This document shows positions 44,598 to 54,811 of a DNA stretch of 64,000 nt, piece by piece. Numbering within the stretch: position 1 is the first letter of the stretch; each line of letters begins with the position of its first letter. The stretch is from a virus. Its lineage: Duplodnaviria > Caudoviricetes. The notes under the pieces are model-generated. The model searched no databases. It saw only the letters and a list, made by a program, of their open reading frames with translations, and was not told where the DNA came from. Location: positions 52,131 to 116,130 of IMG/VR virus record IMGVR_UViG_3300020151_001495. One strand, 5' to 3'. Position numbers and translations under genes: made by a program.

Positions 44598-44626
44598 AGT
44601 ATAGGGTAAATGGGGTGGGGTGTCAA
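44598..44626 (-). promoter_or_regulatory. Sigma70 promoter
   Basis: TTGACA-17 nt-TATACT. Confidence 0.85.
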
Positions 44627-46767
44627 GCGATTTGCTCGATGAATTTTGATAAGATGATCTTATTGAAAGCCTTCTTACTCATTTGAGTTTTAAATGCTGT
44701 CAGGACATTTGATGAATTTACTAAAGAGTCATCGGTGGAAGAATTGTTTCCAATTTCAATGAAGTACAGTTCATTATACCCCAAAGAAGTTGCAGTAAAT
44801 GATTTAGTTTTACCCCACTCTGAAGATACCTCACTCCAAGATGAAAATTCACTTTTCAGATAACGGTTAAGAAAATTCTTAGCACCATAGAAATCAATAA
44901 GCCTAAATCCTACAGCATTGGATCCAGTGATTTGACGATAATAATCTACAAATGAACTAGTGATCCCAATACTTCCATTCTTACTGATATTCATCATAGT
45001 AATTTTGTTCTTCTTGTCCTGAAAACATAGAACTTCATTACTAGCAAGCCACCCAGAATGAACAATGTTCCTACTGCCGTGATTTGGACGATTGTATGAA
45101 ACTGAGTTGGATTCTCCATCAGTCAAGAAAACTGTGTTGACTTTATCTACTTTATAAATTTTCTTGAACTTGTCGAACACCTCAATAGCTGCGAATACAC
45201 ATTCATTCAGAGGAGTGCTACCTAGATCATAATGACCATATTCATGAGTTAGATATGATTGATGATCTAGAATATGTGCGAGTTTCCAAAGGTTCTTCAT
45301 CTGACTCTCCATTTGAGCAGTATTCATTTTACTACTCAGAAAATTCACAAGAAGAAAATCATTATTGATAAAAATTTGATTATCCTTTACAGCTGGTTGC
45401 TTACTACGAGACATTTGAGCATAATTCCTTGCAATGTTCCTGTCATTAAAGGAATACACTTCAAAGGGAATTTGCGTCTTTTTGCAGAACTGAATCAGAT
45501 TGAACAGTTGCTTGATAGTACCTACTAGGTTTCCTTGCATGGAACCAGACCAATCAAGATACATGATTAGACCATGAGACTTACCTTTAGGAATTACAGT
45601 TACCTTCTTGAAGATATCGTCATTCCACTTATAGGAATACATTTTGTTGGTATCAAGAACACCAGTTCCAGCAGTAGCAGACCGATTGTACTCGGTTGCT
45701 CGCTTCTTCATTTCAAATTCTTTAATCAGATATGACACAGACTTCTTACAATCATCCTTGTAATTTTTGTAATCACTCTCTGCATTGTTCAACATATTCT
45801 GATAATATTTTTTGTTCTTATATCCAGAATGACTAGCATAATCAATCATGCTCGTAAAAATCTTAGGAAGATCCTTCACACATTCTTTCCAGGGAAGAAT
45901 GTAATTATCAATATTAATGGATGGTGGAGTCAGATAGATATAGGTATTGCCAGTAAGACTAGCAAGTTGTTGTTGATTTTTAGACCATGCAGCATCAGTA
46001 TCAGAAGTAAAGTCTGCTTGCTTTCCAGAATTGTTGGAAGAAGATGGAGTAGATTCCTCAGGAGCATCTTCTTTGTTATCACAATCGGATTGAGCAGAAG
46101 TTTGATTCTGACTATCACTCACATTACTATCAGAACTTTGATTTTCTTGTGAATCAGATTGTTCTAATTCTTCATCTACAGAATCTCCTGTGGCAGAAGA
46201 CAGTTGAAGTTCGACTTCTTGTTCAGTATGCTCCACAAGTTCCTTGACGATATTTACCACATCATCAAAGGTTTCTGCATTAGAAATTTTACCAATGAAT
46301 ACCTGTTCTTCTGGAGTAAATTTAATAAACATTCCAGCATGAACGTTGCCGAGTTTGAAGTGGAGGTTGATTTTATCAATAAACTTCAGTTTATTGACAT
46401 CAATAGAATTAATCTCAAAGAAGTCTTGATTATTCAGTTCTGAGTATCCACGGTAGAATGAACGAGCGAGACCAGGATACTTTCGCTTCATCAGCTTCTC
46501 AATGCGAGCATCTTCAACAACATTCAGATATCCCTGAGGAAGATTTAGATCGCTACCATACAAATCTGGAGTGTAAATGGCATGACCAACTTCATGACCT
46601 ACAAGAAGATCATATACATCATTAGAAGTGCCTTCCCAGATAGGAAGAGTCAGTACACGATTATGTGTATCAAAGCTTGCAGTAGGGACTGAACGATGCT
46701 CAACAGTAAGGTTTTCGGTTGCCAGGAGTTTCGCAAGAATGCTCTTGGACTGTTGGATGTCAGACAT
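44623..46767 (-). CDS. Metallopeptidase-like/VWA protein, CobT-like partner of the ATPase
   Basis: HEVGH...NVVEDARIE; MIDAS DWSGSM, STPL, LTDGE. Confidence 0.85.
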   Translation of the reverse strand: MSDIQQSKSILAKLLATENLTVEHRSVPTASFDTHNRVLTLPIWEGTSNDVYDLLVGHEVGHAIYTPDLYGSDLNLPQGYLNVVEDARIEKLMKRKYPGLARSFYRGYSELNNQDFFEINSIDVNKLKFIDKINLHFKLGNVHAGMFIKFTPEEQVFIGKISNAETFDDVVNIVKELVEHTEQEVELQLSSATGDSVDEELEQSDSQENQSSDSNVSDSQNQTSAQSDCDNKEDAPEESTPSSSNNSGKQADFTSDTDAAWSKNQQQLASLTGNTYIYLTPPSINIDNYILPWKECVKDLPKIFTSMIDYASHSGYKNKKYYQNMLNNAESDYKNYKDDCKKSVSYLIKEFEMKKRATEYNRSATAGTGVLDTNKMYSYKWNDDIFKKVTVIPKGKSHGLIMYLDWSGSMQGNLVGTIKQLFNLIQFCKKTQIPFEVYSFNDRNIARNYAQMSRSKQPAVKDNQIFINNDFLLVNFLSSKMNTAQMESQMKNLWKLAHILDHQSYLTHEYGHYDLGSTPLNECVFAAIEVFDKFKKIYKVDKVNTVFLTDGESNSVSYNRPNHGSRNIVHSGWLASNEVLCFQDKKNKITMMNISKNGSIGITSSFVDYYRQITGSNAVGFRLIDFYGAKNFLNRYLKSEFSSWSEVSSEWGKTKSFTATSLGYNELYFIEIGNNSSTDDSLVNSSNVLTAFKTQMSKKAFNKIILSKFIEQIA

Positions 46768-46790
46768 AGGTGCCTCAATTCGTTACACAT

Positions 46791-46830
46791 ATAGTAACAG
46801 GTCCATCCCACTGTGTCAATGGGATGGACC
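46791..46830 (-). promoter_or_regulatory. Sigma70 promoter with -35 inside an 11-bp perfect inverted repeat
   Basis: GGTCCATCCCA-TTGACACAG-TGGGATGGACC; 17-nt spacer; TACTAT. Confidence 0.8.
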
Positions 46831-46841
46831 ATAAGGATTGC

Positions 46842-48554
46842 TTATAGCTCTTTTACTTTACTAAAGTTTTTAACCTTTTGGAATTGTAGAACCTTCTCAA
46901 ATTTATCGTGAAGCATGTCTCCTTTATGTGAGATAACAAATATATTTGTGTCAGAATCAATTCCACGAATGATGCGAAGAAAATCTTCTGTTCCAGAAGT
47001 ATCTAGTGAACTATCAAAAACTTCGTCTAAAATTAGTAGATTTGTATTCGTAGAATTTTTTAGTTTGGCAACTGCTCTCCAAGTAAACATCAGTGCCAAA
47101 TCAATTCTCATTTTTTCTCCTTCGGAGAAAGATGCATAACTAAACTCATCACGAAATCTAGATTTGATAGTTTCTTCAAAGTTTTCATCAAGATTAAAGT
47201 TCACATAAAAGTCCATCATCTGAAGATATTTGTTGATGAGTTGATTCATCACTGGTAGATATTTTTTAATGATCTTAGATTTAATTCCAGTATCTTTAAG
47301 CAAACTAGAAATAACTTCATAGTATGTTTTATTAGATTTCATCTTATCTACTTGTTTCTGAAGAACAACTCCTTCGGAAGCTAATGCAGTAAGTTTTTGT
47401 TTCTCAGTTGCGATGTCTTTATCTGACTCAGAAATTTTTTCAATTTCTTCTTTAAGTGCATCAATAAATTTAGAAAGCCCATTGCACTTATAATTTTGAG
47501 AAGTCATCTTAACAGTTAGATCATTGATCTCAGATAAGATTTTTTGAGATTGATCAATAATTTGTTGGGATTCTTCGATTTTAGACTCTACTTCTTGTAT
47601 TGAAATTTGAAGTTTTGTTATGTCAGAATTACATTTTGATATATGTTTGGTTTTTACTTCATCCGTCAAATCTTGTTGACAAGTTGGGCATGTATCATTT
47701 TGATCATAAAATTGTATATTGGTTTCATGATCAGATAATTTAGTTAAAAATTTTGTCTTAAATTTTTCTAATTCTTTAATATTAATTTTTGGTAAATCTG
47801 CAAGTTCCTGATTTTTATGCGTTAGTTCTTTGCAAATATCCTTATAGGTATCGTTACATTCTTTTATTTGATCTTCATAATCTTGAATTTGATTTTGTTT
47901 ATCTTCAATATTCTTTTGAGATTGATTTTTAATATAGTCAATATGATCTTTTTGCATCTTGACTTTTTCTTTTAGAAATTGAATTTCATTCTCGTAAGAT
48001 TTGATAGTATCATTGTTTGTTTTGACTCTATCTTTGAGGATGACATTCATTGTCGAGAAAATACGAATGTCTAGAAGATCTTCAATGATTTCTCTACGGT
48101 GTGCTGCAGGGAGTTGCATAAATGGAACAAAGGTACTTGATCCAAGAATTACAATCTGAGTAAATGATTTGTAATTTAATTTTAGAATATTTTGTTCAAG
48201 ATATTTCTGTTGATCCGAAGCAGCTGCGACTTGATCTAACAGTTGACCGTCAATCCAGATCTCAAAAATATTTGGTTTGAGTCCACGAATAATTCTATAT
48301 TCTTTTAATCCAATACTAAACTCTAGGTCTACTTTACAGTCTTTCTCATTTATAGAGTTAATAAGTTGGTTTTTATTGACCTTGCGAAAGGACTTGTTGA
48401 ACAATGCAAATACAATCGCCTCAATGACTGTACTTTTTCCTGCTCCATTGGAACCTACAACCAAAGTAGTATTTGCATCTTTCAGGTTAATTGTTATAGG
48501 AGAATTTCCTACTGCAAGAAAATTGGAATAAGTTATAGATTTAAATAAAATCAT
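46842..48554 (-). CDS. gp46: Recombination ATPase gp46 (Rad50/SbcC-like)
   Basis: GSNGAGKS, CPTC hook, FSEGE, LDEVFD, ISH. Confidence 0.97.
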   Translation of the reverse strand: MILFKSITYSNFLAVGNSPITINLKDANTTLVVGSNGAGKSTVIEAIVFALFNKSFRKVNKNQLINSINEKDCKVDLEFSIGLKEYRIIRGLKPNIFEIWIDGQLLDQVAAASDQQKYLEQNILKLNYKSFTQIVILGSSTFVPFMQLPAAHRREIIEDLLDIRIFSTMNVILKDRVKTNNDTIKSYENEIQFLKEKVKMQKDHIDYIKNQSQKNIEDKQNQIQDYEDQIKECNDTYKDICKELTHKNQELADLPKINIKELEKFKTKFLTKLSDHETNIQFYDQNDTCPTCQQDLTDEVKTKHISKCNSDITKLQISIQEVESKIEESQQIIDQSQKILSEINDLTVKMTSQNYKCNGLSKFIDALKEEIEKISESDKDIATEKQKLTALASEGVVLQKQVDKMKSNKTYYEVISSLLKDTGIKSKIIKKYLPVMNQLINKYLQMMDFYVNFNLDENFEETIKSRFRDEFSYASFSEGEKMRIDLALMFTWRAVAKLKNSTNTNLLILDEVFDSSLDTSGTEDFLRIIRGIDSDTNIFVISHKGDMLHDKFEKVLQFQKVKNFSKVKEL

Positions 48555-48816
48555 AAGTAATAGTTTCAGGAGGAATTACAAAATCTTCAGGAGTAATAAC
48601 ACAATAATTATATCCAAAATTTTCACATGCTGCAATAGCATCGTCTTCTTCTATTTCTAGTGGTTCCATATCTGGAAACCCATCTGCTTCCAACAACCCA
48701 ATATAACGAATTGCATCATCATGCTCTACAAACATTTGAAGAACTTTAGATCCATCAGATGTTTCTACTGCGTATGCCCCTTCGTGCTTTTTTCCTTTGA
48801 GTGTTAGAATATACAT
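48541..48816 (-). CDS. Conserved cyanophage hypothetical protein
   Basis: EGAYAV...DDAIRY...ITPEDFVIPP. Confidence 0.8.
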   Translation of the reverse strand: MYILTLKGKKHEGAYAVETSDGSKVLQMFVEHDDAIRYIGLLEADGFPDMEPLEIEEDDAIAACENFGYNYCVITPEDFVIPPETITYDFI

Positions 48817-49865
48817 TATTGTATTTCACATGCTTCTATATATATTGATTTAATTAATGACTTCAAACTAGATTTATCATAGTTGTCTTTCATATCTTCA
48901 ACATATCTTTGTAAAGTAGTTAAAGTATCTTCGTGTTCAATAGTTTCAACATCACCACTATCTGATACTAGTTGGGTGTCTTCAATAATTTTTAAATCAT
49001 GAACACCAACATTATAGAATTTTTCAACAATCTTATCAAACATGTAAAGATCTGTTTTATTCTCAACTATAATCTTAATATAGGTATCTTTGTATTCACT
49101 GAGATCTATTTTTAGATAATCAGTTTTAGAATCATCATAATAAAACTTTTTGAACATTCTAAATGGATTACGAATGAACTTCAATTTTCTTTCATCTAGA
49201 TCATATAGATGAAATCCTCGTTCTTCATTGTAATCACTCCAGGTCATCTCATATGGATTGCCAAGATAGTAAATATTATCACTTCTAGACTTGTGGTGAA
49301 AATGACCTGAGAATACTCTTTTAAACTTAGAGAAAATATCTCGATCTAGACCACCTTCAAAAGTATGTCCTGGATGAGCCTCAAATCCATTGATCTCCAA
49401 ATGACCAAATAAAACTTCAGATTTTGTTGTCTGAAGATGCTGCATTACGTTTGCTTGATTTTCAGAGTTGATCCATGGAACCATTGTAATGGTATTACCA
49501 AGAATATCAATATCACAAATTTCGTCATAAATTGTAATATTATCATAGCAATCCAACAATAAAGTTGGAGTGTTAACTCTGTTTGTATTTTTATAATATG
49601 CAGTATGGTTTCCAACAATCATGTGGATCTGAATACCCATATCTGCCAAACGATCATAGTAATATCTTTTGATTCTATCCCAAGCTACAAAATCAATAGC
49701 CTTACGATTATCAAAAGTATCTCCAAGATCAAATAAAATTTTGATGTTATTTTGTTCTAAGGTTGGAAAAAATACTTCATCATAGAACTTAAGAAAAAAC
49801 TCCCAGAAAGCCTGAGATCCTTTTCTTCCATCTAGATGTTGATCGGTAATAATAGCAGAATTCAT
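48816..49865 (-). CDS. gp47: Recombination nuclease gp47 (Mre11/SbcD-like)
   Basis: DQH, GDTFD, GNH, GHFH motifs. Confidence 0.96.
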   Translation of the reverse strand: MNSAIITDQHLDGRKGSQAFWEFFLKFYDEVFFPTLEQNNIKILFDLGDTFDNRKAIDFVAWDRIKRYYYDRLADMGIQIHMIVGNHTAYYKNTNRVNTPTLLLDCYDNITIYDEICDIDILGNTITMVPWINSENQANVMQHLQTTKSEVLFGHLEINGFEAHPGHTFEGGLDRDIFSKFKRVFSGHFHHKSRSDNIYYLGNPYEMTWSDYNEERGFHLYDLDERKLKFIRNPFRMFKKFYYDDSKTDYLKIDLSEYKDTYIKIIVENKTDLYMFDKIVEKFYNVGVHDLKIIEDTQLVSDSGDVETIEHEDTLTTLQRYVEDMKDNYDKSSLKSLIKSIYIEACEIQ

Positions 49866-50335
49866 CGGTTATTACGATATTCAAGGTTTTCTTTGATACT
49901 ATTCATATCAGACATATTAAATCCTACAATACTATCATCTGCTGCAAACACTTCATCAAAACCAGATCTTTCTAATAACTTATTTTTAATCTCTAGTTGT
50001 TTTTTCTCTTTTTGAATTCTACGAAGAAAAGCAAAATAAATTATCTGAGTAAAATATGCAAAAGGATTAGTAGACTTTTCTGGATCAAAGTTATCAATAT
50101 ATTGAAGACAATTTTCGATTCCATCGCAGATCATATCATCCTTGAACATATAGTTCACAAAATTAGGACGGTAAGAAAGATGAGTTGCAATTTTAAGAAA
50201 GCACTCTCCAATGTAATTGGGGACTTTTGGTTTGTCTTTTCCCTCTTCTTTGGATCTTTTTACTTGAGTCCTATAGACAACAAGGGCTTCTAAAAAATCT
50301 TTATTGTTGACGTAGTGTTCTTTTTTCTTCATCAT
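49862..50335 (-). CDS. gp55: Late sigma factor gp55
   Basis: HYVNNK, RPNFVNY, NPFAYFTQIIYFAFLRRI. Confidence 0.97.
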   Translation of the reverse strand: MMKKKEHYVNNKDFLEALVVYRTQVKRSKEEGKDKPKVPNYIGECFLKIATHLSYRPNFVNYMFKDDMICDGIENCLQYIDNFDPEKSTNPFAYFTQIIYFAFLRRIQKEKKQLEIKNKLLERSGFDEVFAADDSIVGFNMSDMNSIKENLEYRNNR

Positions 50336-50363
50336 TCAAGATACTGGTTATGCAAGTGTTTAA

Positions 50364-50392
50364 AGTATAACACATATGTGTCGATAGTGCAA
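50364..50392 (-). promoter_or_regulatory. Sigma70 promoter for gp55
   Basis: TTGCAC-17 nt-TATACT. Confidence 0.65.
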
Positions 50393-50396
50393 CCCC

Positions 50397-50444
50397 TTGA
50401 CAAGACCTCTGAATATGTGTATAATGACTCTGTTGGGGGTCAGA
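50397..50444 (+). promoter_or_regulatory. Antisense-pointing sigma70 promoter with conserved downstream element (copy 2)
   Basis: TTGACA-17 nt-TATAAT followed by GACTCTGTTGGGGGTCAGA; no + strand ORF follows. Confidence 0.8.
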
Positions 50445-50451
50445 ATTAATA

Positions 50452-50850
50452 TTAGATATCTATATTAAGTCTAAAGGACTTCTCTAGTAGTTCTCTTGCA
50501 ACATCAATTTTATTTTTAAATCCCATTTCTTTATCTAGAGAAACTCTATTGTCATCTATTTGATTTAAATACTTTTTTACAGTGCCACGATAGAGCCTTA
50601 GAATTTTATCATCTGCTTCAGCGACAGTAAATATTTTATTTGTATCAATAAAAAATATATCTTCTTTTGAAAATTTGATCCAAGGTCTTAAGTCTACCTT
50701 ATACATTTCACCTGTTGGTGTATTAATTGGTTCAACCATTACTTCAAAAGGATTCTCAATGATAAATCCATCCTTGTCATCACAAGGAAGTATGTTTCCT
50801 ATTAGCTCTGTTCCATCTACTAATTTTAGTATTCCATAAAACTCATTCAT
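50452..50850 (-). CDS. Conserved hypothetical protein between uvsW and gp55
   Basis: FYGILKLVDGTELIG...PWI. Confidence 0.8.
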   Translation of the reverse strand: MNEFYGILKLVDGTELIGNILPCDDKDGFIIENPFEVMVEPINTPTGEMYKVDLRPWIKFSKEDIFFIDTNKIFTVAEADDKILRLYRGTVKKYLNQIDDNRVSLDKEMGFKNKIDVARELLEKSFRLNIDI

Positions 50851-52319
50851 AATTCTTTCTTAAAATTTATCGGAATAATTTCATAATCAAAATTTTCTTG
50901 TGAATATATTTTAATTCGTTCAATCAAGTGATTTAAAGTGTAATTTCTATTTTCTCCTTTTGAAAAATCATCAGCAATATCAAATAAAGTTGCTGTTGAT
51001 TTGTTATCACTTTTTCTCAATACTCTACCTATTGATTGCAGATTTCGTATTCTAGATTTTGAAGGAGATGCGAAAATAACATTATGTAAATTTTTTATAT
51101 TAATACCAGTAGAAAATGTTCCGTAAGATGCAATGATGATGGCATTTTTCTCAATTTCTGTGAGAGAACGTATTAGTTCTCTTTCTTCAGTCTCTACCCC
51201 ACCATACACAAAAAATACTTTTCTATTGGATCCTACCTCACTATTTATTAAATCAAATAAAACTCTACCATGTTTTTCTACCATGGCAAAAAGAACTAGA
51301 GTATTTCCTTTTTGATTTATAGCAAGATTTTTAATATATTTGTTTCGTCGTTCATGGCGACATATGTAATCCATTTCTTCTTGATACGACTCAAATGACG
51401 AGTAACCATATTGCAATAAGAGGATATTAATCTTTAAATTAGAAAGGTGTCCTTTTTCAATTAATTTTTTAGTTTTGACCACTTTATTCACAGGACCGAA
51501 TAAACCCTCTAAAATCAACTGGTTTACGTTCGTTCCATCAAGGGTTCCCGTGAATCCAATTCTGTGCTTGCAGTTATGAAGTTTTGTCATTATTGAAGTT
51601 AATGACTTAGCTTTAAACAAATGAGCTTCATCTCCAATAACAGCATCATATTTTTCATACCAATTTTTTGGCATTTTGTATATTGATTGCCAAGTTGTTA
51701 TTGTAACTGGTTTATTGGAATTTTTTATTTTGCCTGAATAAATTTTATGACAGTTAGATTCTGAGTCCCAACCATAATCATCAAAATCTTTTGTTAGTTG
51801 TTCTACCAGTGAAGTTGTAGGTACGATAATTAATGTGTTGTAATTCTTTGCAGTGTAATATCGTACAATAGAATAAATCATCAAAGATTTACCAGAAGCA
51901 GTTGGAGAAAGTAATAACTTTCTTTTATTTCTTAATGCTTCATATATTGCCTTATATTGATAATCTCTGATCTCTAACGGAATATGTAAACTTTTGATGA
52001 AATCAACTAAACCTTCAGGAGAAATATCATCAGAAATTTCATTTGGCATTCCATAGAATTTATTGTCTTTATCAACATAAGTATATCCTCGTTGACAAAT
52101 CCATTCGGTAAGATACTTATGTAACCCACAATAAATTAATCCATTTAATGGACTGAATAGTTTAATTTTTCCATCCCATAATCTCTTTTTAAACTGAGGC
52201 ATAAACTTTGCCCCAGGAACATCAAAACTAAAATATTCTGATAATTCATATTTTATATGTGGTTCGCACTCTACGGTGAGATAAATTTCATTTTTCTTTT
52301 GAATAATGATATCTGTCAT
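50847..52319 (-). CDS. uvsW: RNA-DNA/DNA helicase UvsW
   Basis: RDYQ, SPTASGKS, DEAH, TGT, QSIGR. Confidence 0.95.
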   Translation of the reverse strand: MTDIIIQKKNEIYLTVECEPHIKYELSEYFSFDVPGAKFMPQFKKRLWDGKIKLFSPLNGLIYCGLHKYLTEWICQRGYTYVDKDNKFYGMPNEISDDISPEGLVDFIKSLHIPLEIRDYQYKAIYEALRNKRKLLLSPTASGKSLMIYSIVRYYTAKNYNTLIIVPTTSLVEQLTKDFDDYGWDSESNCHKIYSGKIKNSNKPVTITTWQSIYKMPKNWYEKYDAVIGDEAHLFKAKSLTSIMTKLHNCKHRIGFTGTLDGTNVNQLILEGLFGPVNKVVKTKKLIEKGHLSNLKINILLLQYGYSSFESYQEEMDYICRHERRNKYIKNLAINQKGNTLVLFAMVEKHGRVLFDLINSEVGSNRKVFFVYGGVETEERELIRSLTEIEKNAIIIASYGTFSTGINIKNLHNVIFASPSKSRIRNLQSIGRVLRKSDNKSTATLFDIADDFSKGENRNYTLNHLIERIKIYSQENFDYEIIPINFKKEL

Positions 52320-52750
52320 TAAATAGTTCCTTGCATAAATTTCTGCCATTCAATACTATTTTTAATCTGAAATCCTCTAGTGCTAATATTGCTTAGAATA
52401 CTTTCTAATAAAAATATCATCTCCTTATAATAATTTAGTTTATTTAAAGCTGACTGAATTTCATCATCAGACTCAATATAAAGTTGAACATCTTGTTTAA
52501 GTACTTTTAAATCAAATGGTTTTTCTTTATATACATCTGCGTCTGCTTTTCCAGTATAATACTCAAACTTTTCTCTGAGCATTTTTTTGTAATCTTGTTC
52601 TTTTTTAATTTTAATTAATCTTACATCAGAAAGCCAATTTAAATACTTGCTATGTAGTTGTGGAATTTTGATAGATTCATGATCAAGTAGGTCTTCGTCC
52701 ATCTTGGAATCGTTAGTCCAATGATCTTTAATAAAGTCAATATCAATCAT
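52319..52750 (-). CDS. uvsY: Recombination mediator UvsY
   Basis: ESIKIPQLHSKY...YYTGK...RGFQIKNSIEWQKF. Confidence 0.93.
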   Translation of the reverse strand: MIDIDFIKDHWTNDSKMDEDLLDHESIKIPQLHSKYLNWLSDVRLIKIKKEQDYKKMLREKFEYYTGKADADVYKEKPFDLKVLKQDVQLYIESDDEIQSALNKLNYYKEMIFLLESILSNISTRGFQIKNSIEWQKFMQGTI

Positions 52751-53283
52751 AGTTTCTCGTCATTAATATCGTATATATCATATATAGTATACTTAAAGCT
52801 AACGTCAACAGCGAAGTATTCGGTGTCTGTATAAGTAGAATCAAAATTCAATCCACCAATACTTGTAGGAAACATATCTTTAAATACTATTTTAAATTTT
52901 TTATTAAAATTAGAATCTAAAACAAACAAAATTCCATCACTGTAAGTCTTATCATTGTAATCTTCTCCAGGAAGTTCATTTATTTCACCACCATACTCTG
53001 GATGCCCTAGCTTCTTGACCCAGTTATGTATAGTAACATAGTTTGATAGATTTTCATCAACTAAAAATCTAATATTTAAATCATCAAATGAAATTTCATC
53101 ACCAGGATGTGGAATTGCATTCCATCTAGTAGACTGAACTGCTACTGCTAAATTGATAGATGGAACATTTGCAGATTGACAATAAAACGATACTTTAGGA
53201 TATTTTACTAGCTGAAATTGAAATCCTACACCAGACAAAAAATTTGCTGGACATGCAGAGTTGTTAATAAAATTAGCTGCCAT
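52747..53283 (-). CDS. gp3: Tail completion/tube terminator gp3
   Basis: NFLS..GF, FYCQSANVP, FLVDENLSNY, FKY; follows gp23. Confidence 0.88.
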   Translation of the reverse strand: MAANFINNSACPANFLSGVGFQFQLVKYPKVSFYCQSANVPSINLAVAVQSTRWNAIPHPGDEISFDDLNIRFLVDENLSNYVTIHNWVKKLGHPEYGGEINELPGEDYNDKTYSDGILFVLDSNFNKKFKIVFKDMFPTSIGGLNFDSTYTDTEYFAVDVSFKYTIYDIYDINDEKL

Positions 53284-53307
53284 GGCGTTTTATTTATATT
53301 TAGGAAT

Positions 53308-53334
53308 AAAAAAAGGGAGCCCGAAGGCTCCCTT
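53308..53334 (-). terminator. gp23 terminator with UUCG loop
   Basis: AAGGGAGCC-TTCG-GGCTCCCTT-TTTTT. Confidence 0.92.
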
Positions 53335-53353
53335 GAAAAAGTTGTGAATTGAA

Positions 53354-54742
53354 TCACATTAGGTTTAGAACTCTGGTTCTTCTGTAGTAAACGTTGTCGT
53401 TTGCAATAAGCTCGCCAGAACGCTGAGTTAGACCACCTGCGAATGGGTTTGCAACCATGCCGTAGCGGGTCTTGAAGCCGATCTTAGGCTGGAAGGTGTC
53501 CTGACCGATGGAACGAACCATCTGGAGAGGAACGTATGGGCAATAGAAGAGACCTGCATCATATGCATTGGTTCCCTTGTAACCCATTACATAGTAATGA
53601 TCGTTAGAGATGTTTGCAGAATATGGGTCAACATACACCTTGATACGACCATTGATTGTACCAGCTAGAGTGGAAGCGGTATCATCTGGAGTCTCATTTG
53701 GATTGAGTAGTGGGGTGTAGTCTAGAAGCTTAGCAGCAGCTAGAGCACTTGCTACGTCTGCAGAGCAGATTAGGAAGTTACCCTTTCCTCTACGAGTGGT
53801 GTGGCCGATTGCGTTTGCATCACGCTCGATTTGGAACATGAGTCCCTTCCACTTCTCTACGGACCAACGACCGTTGGAGTCAACGTCGAGGTCGAAAGAA
53901 CCAGCGTTAGCTACGTTGTTCTGAGCACCAGCCTTAGCAGTCTTGTAGATTGTACGAACTACTTCACGGTTGATTTCTGCAAGAATCTCAGTAGAGAGAA
54001 TATTTGCAAGCTCAGTCTCAGCATCAAGACCATGGATAGCCTTGAGGTCTTGTGCTAGTTCTAGGGTGTACTCAGCTTTTAGAGCACGGCTCTTTGCTGT
54101 TACAGTTACTTTCTCGATTCCGAAGCTCATTTCACGGAACTCAGAACCAGACTCACCTAGAGCTTCTGCAGAGTTGGTGTTCATACCACCAACATAAGAG
54201 TAGTTAGCGGAAGTTGGGTTGAGTACGGATGGGTTGGTTGCAGTCTCGCCAGTTGCAGCAGAGTATGCACCACCAGCAGCAGATACTCCAGTAGGAGTCT
54301 CGTTGTAGAATGCTTCGTTGTCGAATACGTTTGGAGTGCTACCGTCACCATTACGGTCGGTTCCACGATGAGCACGCATTGCGAAGATTAGTCCAGTAGG
54401 ACCGCTCATTGGCTGAACGCCACAAATGTCATAAGCAATTAGCTTAGGCATTGAACGGCGGATTAGGCTGATTAGAACTGGGTCGAAACCTGCAACAGGA
54501 CCACCAGCAGCTGCACCACCAGAGAAGCCATGTGCGCCTGCACCAGCACCACCTGCAGTGAAGGAACCAGTGCTGTTTGCAGCAACTTCGGAAAGAACTC
54601 CACGCTCTTCACGAAGGAATTGCTCTTGGTTCTCAAGTAGAACTGCGGTTACTGCCTTACGGTGTCTATCGGAAATTGGGGAGAGATCGTTGTGCTCAAG
54701 AATTGGAGCCCACTTTCTCTGTAGTTGTTCTGAATTAAACAT
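53354..54742 (-). CDS. gp23: Major capsid protein gp23
   Basis: LLENQ, DPVLISLIRR, GVQPMSGPTG, ELAQDLKAIHG, FQPKIGFKTRYG; TATAAATA at 54792-54799. Confidence 0.99.
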   Translation of the reverse strand: MFNSEQLQRKWAPILEHNDLSPISDRHRKAVTAVLLENQEQFLREERGVLSEVAANSTGSFTAGGAGAGAHGFSGGAAAGGPVAGFDPVLISLIRRSMPKLIAYDICGVQPMSGPTGLIFAMRAHRGTDRNGDGSTPNVFDNEAFYNETPTGVSAAGGAYSAATGETATNPSVLNPTSANYSYVGGMNTNSAEALGESGSEFREMSFGIEKVTVTAKSRALKAEYTLELAQDLKAIHGLDAETELANILSTEILAEINREVVRTIYKTAKAGAQNNVANAGSFDLDVDSNGRWSVEKWKGLMFQIERDANAIGHTTRRGKGNFLICSADVASALAAAKLLDYTPLLNPNETPDDTASTLAGTINGRIKVYVDPYSANISNDHYYVMGYKGTNAYDAGLFYCPYVPLQMVRSIGQDTFQPKIGFKTRYGMVANPFAGGLTQRSGELIANDNVYYRRTRVLNLM

Positions 54743-54811
54743 TGGGGTAAAACTCCTGGGTTGTTAAATTTATTTGTTAGGAATCTATTAATATTTATAA
54801 AATCTAGATTA

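Noticed and set aside
43456-46767. Cobalamin-synthesis role or novel system for the cobS/VWA pair
   Set aside because: It is a common MoxR-VWA module of T4-like cyanophages and no cobN is present in the window.
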